Source: Octopus sinensis
Taxonomy: Eukaryota
Length of the DNA stretch: 64,000 nucleotides
Assembly (NCBI RefSeq): GCF_006345805.1
Contig: NC_043013.1
Span: 52,762,001 to 52,826,000 of the forward strand
Reading direction: 5' to 3'
In this document: piece by piece, positions 53,580 to 64,000 of the stretch
How the letters are laid out: the number at the start of each line of letters is the position of its first letter
How positions within the stretch are numbered: the first letter of the stretch is position 1
Translations under genes and position numbers: made by a program
The notes under the pieces: model-generated
Told to the model about the DNA's origin: nothing
Database searches by the model: none
What the model saw: only the letters and a program-made list of their open reading frames with translations

Positions 53580-53686
53580 TTTATATCACCATATCACCGA
53601 CATATGTTTCGATAGATGCATTAAAATAAATCTGAGATGAAAAATAATGTGGGAAAATGCATCAATCTCATCAGTGAGGATATAAA
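53580..53686 (-). ncRNA. Canonical type I hammerhead ribozyme motif
   Basis: Minus strand CUGAUGA (53674-53668), GAU-U-GAUGCAUU/AAUGCAUC-U-AUC helix II, GAAAC-AUAU-GUC (53610-53599), UUUAUAUC/GAUAUAAA distal helix I. Confidence 0.8.
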
Positions 53687-54304
53687 CAACAGTGCTCATC
53701 AATAAGTCATTTTTACAGATGTAAGAAACTGCAATATATAATATATATTTGGAAAGCAAAATTGGATAGGGAACGCCAGTATTTTTTAAAATACCGTTAA
53801 GGAATTTGACATCATAAGACGGGTGAAGACGGGTGAAGACGGGAAAGAAAAGAGAAAGAGAATTGAAGGAGCAGTGAAAGTATAAACAAATAGAAAGGGA
53901 ATGACAGATAGATAGAAAAGATGAAAGAAAGAATAGGCGGTATGAAGGGAAAGTTTAAGTTGTTGACACGTTCTTTCATAGGATTTGTTCATTGTGTCTT
54001 TGGAAAAAAAGGATAAATAATTGTTCCTCCGTACAAAAAGAGAGCCCCTTTACCTAATAATATCTGCAACTTAAACTTTATTCTTTCCTTCATCTTTTCT
54101 ATCATTCACTTTCTATTTATTTATACTTCCACTGTTCCTTCAAATCTCTTTCTCTCCTCTTTCTCTTCGTCACTCGTCCTTTGTCGTCAAATTACTTAAT
54201 GGTATTTTTGAATTACTAGCTTTTCCTATCCACATTGTTTACCAAATATATATTATATATTGCAGTTTCTTACATCTGTAAAAATGACTTATTGATGAGC
54301 ACTG

Positions 54305-54408
54305 TTTATATCATCCCTGATGAGATTGATGCATTTTCCCACATTCTTCTTCTCAGATTTGTTTCAAAGCATCTATCGAAACATATGTCGGTGATATGGG
54401 GATATAAA
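54305..54408 (+). ncRNA. Canonical type I hammerhead ribozyme motif
   Basis: CUGAUGA at 54317-54323, GAU-U-GAUGC/GCAUC-U-AUC helix II, GAAAC-AUAU-GUC at 54378-54389, helix I AUAUCA(U)CC/GGUGAUAU. Confidence 0.85.
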
Positions 54409-54505
54409 TGATTTTAATAGCATCTTGAGCGTTTATCTCCATTTCCATTATTCTCATATATATCTCTTTACATTTCCATCTCTCTCTCCCCCTATATATA
54501 TATAT

Positions 54506-54565
54506 ATAGTGTTGCTCTGCCGAAGCGAAATCTTTATAGATTTCGCTTCGGCAGAGCAACACTAT
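54506..54565. repeat. Perfect 28-bp hairpin with 4-nt loop
   Basis: ATAGTGTTGCTCTGCCGAAGCGAAATCT-TTAT-AGATTTCGCTTCGGCAGAGCAACACTAT. Confidence 0.95.
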
Positions 54566-55008
54566 TAACTTGCCGTTTGAAGTCATTATATACATATACG
54601 CTTCAGAAGAAAGAACCAGACAAGTGCAGAGTGTAATATGAGATTCAACAAATGAGAGGAGGGAAGAGGAAATTATGTAATGAATTGTATTAGCTTTCAG
54701 CTACTTCTACTCTAAGACGCATTTCTGTCAATATTGTGCAGCACATTATAGTTTCCATATAGCATCTACATGGTGATGGACAAGAATTTAGCTTTCAGTG
54801 CAGTGCACTTTATAGCAGAAACAGCAGTAAGGTAATGCAATTTTTTTTTAGTTTCAGCTCACAAGCTGTGGCCAAGCTGGGGCACCGCCATTATATAATT
54901 TGATTATATAATTCCTATATATATATAGTTGATTATATAATTTCTATAACCTTGTCATTTATTTAATTTCATCTATTCATCTATTCTATACATACATACA
55001 TATATATA

Positions 55009-55053
<45 letters not shown>

Positions 55054-55517
55054 ATATGTATATATATATACATATATACACACACACACATATATATATT
55101 TATATATATACATATACACATATATACATATGTATTGTGTGTTTTGCATGTACGTGTATATTCTTTTGAAGAAGGTCAGTATCGATGAATGTTAATCTTT
55201 AATGATATGATGTTCCTTTTTTCTTTATATTTCTGTTTCTCACATAATTCCTCTGTTCAGTTTTTCTATCTCTGACATTACTCCATTTCTCTCCACTGTT
55301 GTCTAACATTTCATACACACACACACACACACCACACACAAATGTATGTATGTAGTATGTATGTCTGTATCTATGTATGTATGTAAGTATGTAGGTATGT
55401 ATGTATGTAAGTATGTATGTATGTATGTATGTGGTATGCATGGCTAGATATACACCCTCATTTAGACTCATCTTCAATATTGCACTTTAAATGCCTATTT
55501 TCTTCCCGATATCCCGA

Positions 55518-55559
<42 letters not shown>

Positions 55560-56300
55560 ATATATATATATGCGTCTCTTTATATAAATATATACATATA
55601 CATCCAGAGCACAGTACATATAAGAAATAAAATCTCATATATTCATATATGCGTGCGCACGCATATGTATGTGTTTGTATGTGTTTGTCTATACTTCTGT
55701 ACATATAAATATGCATACAGAAAAATTTTGAGCAAAATGAAAATGTAAAATTAAAGAAGAGAAAGAAAAGAAAACAAGTTAAAAAAGAAAAAGCAACGAA
55801 TAGAAAGATAGAAAAAAGTGAAAAATAGACATTCTAATCGATTAAGCGAAAAAGTAGGATTGTGTGTAAGAGAGAGAGAGAGAGAGAGTGAGAGAGCGAG
55901 AGAGAGAGAGTGTGTGTGTGTGTGTGATAGGCATTGAGTGAATGAGTGAGGGAGTAACTATAGTGATATAGAAAAAAAGGAACAGACATGTAACGAAATA
56001 AAGTCTTATAATGCGGTAAAAAGAAATATCCTGGGTTTATATTGATGGAAGATTGCTTTCAAATTTCAAGACATTGTTGCAAACTGCCTTTAGGTTCGAC
56101 TTCCGTTTGTCGTAAAAGGATCTCCAGTTAATAGTATAGGAACGTACTGTAGAGTAACCTTCCTTTAATACAAAGAGCGGAGCACTCGGTGAACCTCAGA
56201 GTAAAGAATAAAGAACCTCTATGCTCTTATATGTGGTTATATGGCCCTGAATGCGTGCCTAATTCATGGTTCGCCCGGAATATATGTATTTATATGTATA

Positions 56301-56342
<42 letters not shown>

Positions 56343-56848
56343 CTATATATATATTTATATATATATATATATTATATATATATAATATATATATATATGA
56401 ATACATACATATGAATATGTATGTATACTTACACATACACACATATATATGAATATATACATATATATGTGAGTGTGTGTGTGTATGTGTTTATGTATGT
56501 GTTTGTGCGTAGTCATGTAAATGTTGCATAAATACATACAAAATATTCACAATGGCTGTAAATAATAATAATGATAATAATAATAATAGTAATAATAATA
56601 ATAACCATTATTATTATTGTTGTTGTTACTGTTGTTGTTATTATTATTATTACTAAAAATAATATTATTATCACTATCATCATTATCATCATCATCATCA
56701 TCATTGTCATCATCAACATCGTAATCATCATCATCTTCCTCCTCCTCCTCCTCATCATCGTCATCGTCATCATCTTCATGGACGTGTGACATGCGTAATA
56801 TAGGAGATGCGTTCCTATAGGTTCATTGCCATATATATATATATATAT

Positions 56849-56917
<69 letters not shown>

Positions 56918-58212
56918 CAGACAGATAGACAGACAGATAGGTAGATAGATATCTATATAGATATGTTCTGGAGTCTTACAGCCACCTTTCCCTTCGTCAA
57001 TAAAATTCTAAATATTGTTCGGCGTTGTTCAATTTATACTCACTTCCAAGCTTAATTACACAAATTGACATATTATGCGATCTAGAATTACACGCACACA
57101 CATACGAACAAAATTAGTGTTATAACATATATATATATATTGTCTGTACACATCTTTGTGCACGCATGCGTGTTTATATACCTTAGCATATTTCTCCTTC
57201 CCTCGCATAAATATATGTTCCCTTGACTACAACACACTGGACGCAACCGTTCCGTGCAGGCGATGATTTATCTGAGCAAATCGAATTCTTATTTTTGTGT
57301 CAATACATTTCTTTATATAAGTTGCAGGGGGGCCGTGTGCTAAAGTGTCAGGCGCGGCCCACAAATATCAGCGCATTTTGTGAAATATATTTTGTTGGAA
57401 TTGAATGCTCAATTGTCTGTTCTCCTGGTGTTATCGGTGTATATATTGAATTAGTAGAACCTTACTCTCTCCTCTCTCTTACATTCTGTTCTTTCACACG
57501 ATCTGTAACACATACGTGACATGATATTAACTGGATGGGAATCACATCATGATTCACATGATTAGCTAAGATTATAATAAGCAGCATACATAGATACCAG
57601 TAATTTCCCTATCAATAGAAGGACCAGTTGCAGGATGGAAATCTCTAATCTGTTTGCATTTCTGATTGTTTCACTTTGATCATTGATTCAGTCACGTGTA
57701 AGACGGCAAAGGAAGAAAGAATGGAAAGCAAAAGGGGTTTAGAATATTGGTGACAATGACTTCGAAGTTTCGGGCAGTTACGCCATCGGGCAGTTCGGTG
57801 ATGACTTGAACTGACGGAACTTCGAAATCACTGTCAACAAGACTGATACTCTACACAAGTATAGAGTAACCCATCAGATTAATGTAAAATTGTTTTATTA
57901 TAACTGAACACGCACACGCACACGCACACACACACACACAGACAAACACACACACATATTTTATGTATTATATATTACATTTTAAAGTTGATAGCTTTGC
58001 AAGAAGTATATATAAGCTCTTCACAGTATATAAATATAAAATAGAAAAACAAAAGTTTGTATATGAAGAATTTGAAAACGAAAGTATTGTCCCCTCTCTT
58101 GTATTTCTATTCTGATCATCTCTCGTATTGCTATGTGGACAAATATATTTCATTCAATATAATTTGGATGTGAAATAATACTTTTATGAATGTAATATAG
58201 ACTAGTAGACGT

Positions 58213-58228
58213 CACCAGTAGGTGGCGC
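58213..58228 (+). promoter_or_regulatory. CTCF-type binding motif
   Basis: CACCAGTAGGTGGCGC matches the CCASYAGRKGGCRS consensus; a GC-rich island in AT-rich unique sequence. Confidence 0.4.
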
Positions 58229-58836
58229 AGATAGAGAAGTACAACCGTCATTTGCTGTCAATTACTTTGGTCTGGAACAATCAGAAAATAGATAAAATCC
58301 TGAAAAAGACATCATCGAAAAGAAAGAAATTGACACAAGAAATATCGAACATTCTGCCTTGGGACACGAAGAAAAAAATAATTCTTGCAATTTTATCCAA
58401 TTTAAACAGTTGTTCGTCGAATTAAATATAATTTAGCAAATATACAGAGCTTTGACAATGATATACACACTACGCTGTATGTCCTCTCAGACTATTAATG
58501 GTTCCTTGAAATCTAATACAATTCTTTGAATCCAATAAACTATTAGTTTAGACGCTGCACTATCTTTTACTGAATATAATCTGAGAGGACTAAGCCTAAG
58601 TGTAGAGGCGGAGGAGGAGGATATTATTTTCAAATTGGTCATTTAGTTTTCTCCTGATGTTATATAATAGGAAGAAAATATATTTAGAAGTAGAATTTTG
58701 AACGGTACTGCCGCATCGTGGTATGTCCATAGGGCACGGGGGCAAAGTAGAGTCATATTAGAGATGTACGTGTGTTTGCTACAGTCAAACCTGTTACGTG
58801 TAATGAGGGACAGCCTTAACATATACACATGTACGT

Positions 58837-58874
<38 letters not shown>

Positions 58875-58957
58875 GTGTGCACATATCTTCATATTTTATT
58901 ATGTATTCTTTCGCAATCCTATAGCCTAGCTTCATGTAATTAGTCAGAGTATTGCGA

Positions 58958-59250
58958 AGGCGAGTGGCTCGGTGGTTAGGGGTATTGGATCGCGATCGTA
59001 AGGTCCTGAATCCGATTCCAGGAGGCGCGTTGTGTCTTTGAGTATGACACTTTACATCGTGTTGCTCCTATCCACTCAGCTAGCGAAAATGAGTTGTAGC
59101 TGCATTTGAAAGGGACAGATGTGTTACATTCTGTGTCAGACTGTCTTCCCTAGAACTGCGTTAAAGGTTCATGTGTCTGTGAAGCGCTAAATTAATGGCA
59201 CTTTGGTTTCTCGAGCAACTGATCCGATCAACTGGAACTGGCGGAGTGCT
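58958..59250 (+). mobile_element. Degenerate SINE family C copy
   Basis: Head GGCGAGTGGCTCGGTGGTTAGGG...; 3' part ...GTTAAAGGTTCATGTGTCTGTG...GATCAACTGGAAC parallels 37180-37270. Confidence 0.65.
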
Positions 59251-59669
59251 AAGTTAACCAGCGTATTAGTCAGAGAAGAGCAAGTAGAGTAGCCAAGCTT
59301 AAAGTATAAATACGGAAGCGAACAAAAGATAATTTGAAATACAATAAAATGAAATATTTGATGAAGAATACGCCAACACGAAAACTAAAATTAAGATAAT
59401 TTAGAAAGACCCAATAAGAACAGAGATTGTGGTTACAAATAAAGTATATGTTGTAATCTTATGGCTTATAATAAACGAGATCCTATTATCACATAAGATA
59501 AACACTGTCTGACATTTATATCGCAGAAGTGACCACCACAAAGGAAAGACGGAGAGGACTTCAAAACGGTTTTATTTGACGAATTGAAGATAGAAGAAAA
59601 CTGACGCTGCCAAACTTCTTCAATTCACGCCCTGCGTTCTTTCAAACTCGTATTTAAATAATACATAAG

Positions 59670-59760
59670 TGCAGGAGTGGGTGTGTCGTATGAAGCTCGC
59701 ATCCCAACCACAAAGTTCTGTGTTCAGTCCGGCTGTGTGGCACATTAGGCAATTATCTCC
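59670..59760 (+). mobile_element. SINE family B head fragment
   Basis: GCAGGAGTGGGTGTGTCGTATGAAGCTCGC...CAACCAC...GTTCAGTCC. Confidence 0.55.
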
Positions 59761-59849
59761 AACTATATACTCTTATCGATAAAATGCTTATCAACGCACA
59801 CCCACGCATACACACATATACGTTAACGTGTGTGTGTGGGTGCGTGTGC

Positions 59850-59888
<39 letters not shown>

Positions 59889-62084
59889 CACACACATCGA
59901 CTTGTGTATATGTATGCATAAAGCAATGACACCCTAGGTATAGAGAGCAAGTGGGTGGCCACGGATGGAGCATGCTTGATGATAAACAACAGAGTGAGGA
60001 CTGATCCAGTGCTAATAAACAAGTCAACAGCGTCTTTGCTTTCCTGATTTTAATTTTATTTGGGAAAACGTATTTGGAAGAAATATTATAATCAATTACA
60101 TTAAGCTGGGATGTTTAGAGTTACATAATCCACAAAGACATGTGTATATTCGCTGACAATTCTATAATATACACAATAAGACAATTCATAACAAGAATAC
60201 CATCTTAAAGAAATTTACTAGAAAGTGTTACAGAAACAAAACAAATAACAAGAAGCAGTGTGTAAATATACCAACTTAGAAATGCGACATAGCGACAAAT
60301 ATCCAACATTCGTAACAAGCCTAAAGTGCCTGGCTAAAACAACATCGACTAAAGAACCATGAAAACATTCTCAGTGAAAACCACTTAGAAAACAAAACAG
60401 TAGACTGGAAGTATCGCTAGAATTGTAAATGAAGTCTCAAGAAAAATAAACACAGACATAAAACAATTCGCCATTTTGAATGTATGGAAGAACAACAAGG
60501 CAATTATGAAATGGTTAAAAATTGTCATTGTAAACATTACGTATAGTCCGGTTTCCTTCTCAAATTTGATATCATTGATTAACTATTGTTTTTTTTTTAG
60601 CGAAGGATCGTAAATTGGTAGAGTAGTTAGAATGTCATAAGCACTGACTTGTGGTATTTGCTCTCGATCTTTACGCTTTGAGATCGAATTCTGTCAAGGC
60701 TAATTTCTTCTTAGGCCGATACCGGGGCCATTCAACAAAAGTATTTGTGAAATACTGAAGTTGATGTAATCAACCAAAACTCCTTTCCTCAAATTAAAAA
60801 GATTTTTTTTTACTTATTTCTTTACCCAATTTGATCTTTATCGTCTTTCAGATGAAAGAAACACGTCGGTTAACATAAGTCATAAACAGAAATAACCTAA
60901 AATTTATACAAGTAAAGGTTTTTTATTTGGTTTCATGCAAGAGTTTAAAAAAACTATTTAAATTAATATCAAAATGTTTTTCAAACATAGATTAGGCACA
61001 AGAGGGGAATTTCATTTCATTTTCTGCTGTCAGACATCTTTCATACATATTTATAAAAATCATCAAAATTTCATTCATTTTTTTTTTTCTTTTAGCATCA
61101 AAACTGTTTGTCATAAACGCAAGTTAGAAGCGAAAATGAGAGTAACAGTTATGTCTAGTATTTTTCGACAATTTTCGATTAAATTGGAGCACGAAACGAT
61201 ATGTACCGCCTTAGTTTCAGATAGAATTGTAGCAATGAAGTATAGAGTCTCTTTCTCTGCTCATAATGGATGTTGATGTTTATAATAACGGGTTTTGAAT
61301 GAATTTCCAGCAAGTCCCCTACAACTTAGTGACACAGTGTCTTGTAGATCTAGTATGCAACATAGCTTTACAGAAATAACGAACGTTCTCCAGAAAGGTT
61401 GTCGCATTTCAGTATTTATGAGGTAAATTTTGGCTGGTCACTGTCCGAATATAGGTTAAGGGTGTTAAAGGTGTTAAAGGTGTTAATGGTGTTGAGCAGA
61501 CTTCTATATCTATGTGTGAAAAATCAGGTCTGTCTTGAAATAGAAAGTTAATTACTCGATACTGTGGTGGCGACAAGTCAATTGCACACAAACGTACGAG
61601 CCCATGAACACATATATAAGTATATGTATATATGCATACATATATACGAGTGTGTGTGTTTATGTAAATAGATTATATACGCGTGTGGTGGGTGAGTATA
61701 TATTATTTGTTACACATTACTAGTAACACTACTCAGTGTACATGTAGAGGAATTTGACTGGAAAATAATAATTGACGGAGAAGTTTACTTCATAGGATAC
61801 GAATTTTACACCTAACTGTACACACAAGATGCATATAGACACATAACTATACATACATAGAAACACTCATATATTCATACAACACACAGACAGACCTATA
61901 TATATATATATATATACATATTCCTGTAGAGAGATATCCTCAAATGTACAGAAGCATGTGTATAAAAGATAATTGTGCAGAGACGTGTGACGTCGGCATC
62001 TGTTTGCATCATAATACACCACAAACTTACATGCGGTTGTTTCAATACACGTTTATACATATGCATAAAAGAATGCATGTATAT

Positions 62085-62177
<93 letters not shown>

Positions 62178-62395
62178 AGAGAAATATATACATACATATC
62201 TATATTACATGCATACATATGGCATGTATTATACAATCTTTCTTTATCTCAGTCGTCGATGAGCCGGAGGCAAGCTTGGGTTAATGTAAGTTATTTTCGT
62301 AATGAAAAGCATTGTTATATTTATAATATAAGAATTATTTAACACACCGTGATTAAATTGTATTATTACTAGCACTGCTGCTGCTGCTGCTGCTG

Positions 62396-62443
<48 letters not shown>

Positions 62444-62736
62444 TAAAGAATAAATCTCGTGTTATTAGTGTTAGTACAAAGATTTTCTTACGTCGTTATG
62501 TTCTGATAAAGACATTGAGATATCTTTGCGTTTTTATGTGCTTTGCTGAAAGATATACTTATTATCATAGACAGACAGAACCTTCTCTCACTTACACCAA
62601 TATGGAGATGCGACTTTGCGTGTGGGTGTGGGTTGGAGTTTTCGCATGCGTGCGCAGAATATTACCGATATACATACACACATACATGAAGGTATTTACG
62701 CATATAACCACACACAAACACATATAAATATGTATG

Positions 62737-62772
<36 letters not shown>

Positions 62773-63054
62773 AATTCCGTGTTATATTCAAGTATAGATA
62801 TAAGCATACATACAGCACTCATACACACACAAATACACACCACTCACACGAACAAATACACACACAAGCATAGGAATACACACAGACATATAAGTTCGTA
62901 TGTATGTTTAGATATATAGTTATATATACTAATATATAAATTAATAGGTATTATATATCCTCTAGGTGAAATGATATTTGTGATCACACATTTGTAGAAA
63001 GTAGTATACTTTCACAATCTCCAATAATTGCATCCCTCTGTCACTCTCTCTCTT

Positions 63055-63091
<37 letters not shown>

Positions 63092-63961
63092 GTCTGTCTG
63101 TTTATCATCTTTCTATCTAACTATTTACGTATACTACTCTCTCTCTCTCCCCTCTCTCACTGTATATCATATGTGTGAATATATGTGTGCATATATATAT
63201 TTACATATACACATACTCATATATTTATATGTATATGAATATATGTATTTATATATATATATAATATATATTATATATATATTATATATATATATTTTAT
63301 ATATTCATATATATATATATATTGTGTGTGTGTGTGTGTGTGTATATGTATGTGTATATGTACGTATATATATATATAAGCATATATATTCATTTATACA
63401 TACTTTTACGTATGTATCTATTAAAATATGCATGTACATATAATTTTTATACTGATATGAAAAAGACATATATATATATATACATATGTATGTATTTATG
63501 TATGTATGTTTGTGTGTATACATACATTCATGTATATTCATAGCCAAGAAATAAAAGACTACTTTTTAATATGGCTTCCATGTCTCCCTCTTCCCTTCCC
63601 TCTTAAATGCTATAAGTGAGATATTACTGCTATTCTTTGCGTATGAAAGGACCTATTATTGCCTGCTTCGGTTTCATTTCGCCATTTTGATTTCTCTGTT
63701 AATGTATTCTATTTTTATAATTCTACATTATCAATCACTGTTTCCCCCATTCAGGCAATTATACATGTTCGCATGTATGTATGCATGTATGTATGTATGC
63801 ATGTATGTATGTACGTATGCATGTATGTATGTATGCATGTATGTATACATGTATGTATGTATATATGCATATATGTATGTATGCATGTATGTGACCGAGT
63901 GTGTACCGTTGGCGATTTTTTTCCCTCCGTCATCCCTTCTCTGGATCTTTCCTTTTCCTAT

Positions 63962-63995
63962 GTTTCTGATGAAGAGCTCCGCTCGAAACGTAAAC
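63962..63995 (+). ncRNA. Minimal HHR motif with canonical core, element truncated by the window end
   Basis: GUUU-CUGAUGA-A-GAGC(UCC)GCUC-GAAAC-GUA-AAC; helix III is the palindrome ACGU. Confidence 0.6.
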
Positions 63996-64000
63996 CCCCC

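Larger units (their letters stand above)
53536..54451. mobile_element. Head-to-head inverted repeat (arms about 53536-53962 and 54067-54451), each arm carrying an HHR; Penelope-like pLTR architecture inferred
   Basis: Arms are alignable throughout, e.g. AATAAGTCATTTTTACAGATGTAAGAAACTGCAATATATAATATATATTTGG is an exact IR; ~104-bp spacer. Confidence 0.8.

Noticed and set aside
60850-60872. CAGAUGA-AA-GAAAC-AC-GUC
   Set aside because: No helix II or helix I; likely chance.
62250-62280. UCGAUGA-GCC(GGA)GGC-AAGC
   Set aside because: Both core halves are mutated and no helix I or III is present.

Overview
AT-rich eukaryotic non-coding DNA. By inference it is coleoid cephalopod (Octopus-like), from the dense (TA)n/(CA)n/(AAT)n/(TAGA)n microsatellites and three recurrent tRNA-derived SINE families; I could not confirm the species. 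No host protein-coding gene can be supported, and almost all ORF-track entries are microsatellite read-through. The window opens with about nine copies of a ~138-bp hairpin-bearing satellite and a 100-N gap. It also holds fossil mariner, Tigger-like and Helitron elements, and at least seven fragments of R4/Dong-type RLE non-LTR retrotransposons sitting in trinucleotide microsatellites. The main discovery is a set of 11 hammerhead-ribozyme (HHR) motifs from about six sequence-unrelated short element families, most of them bounded by TA-rich microsatellites. Two of these elements are terminally redundant, permuted monomers (363 nt x1.2 and 397 nt x1.6), the footprint expected of retrotransposed circular 'retrozyme' RNAs; both use a non-canonical CCGAUGA core. 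One is a ~430-bp head-to-head inverted repeat with an intact HHR in each arm. One family uses a CUGUNGA core. Most have a palindromic or near-palindromic helix III, suggesting dimeric cleavage. All ribozyme calls were folded by hand and activity is untested.
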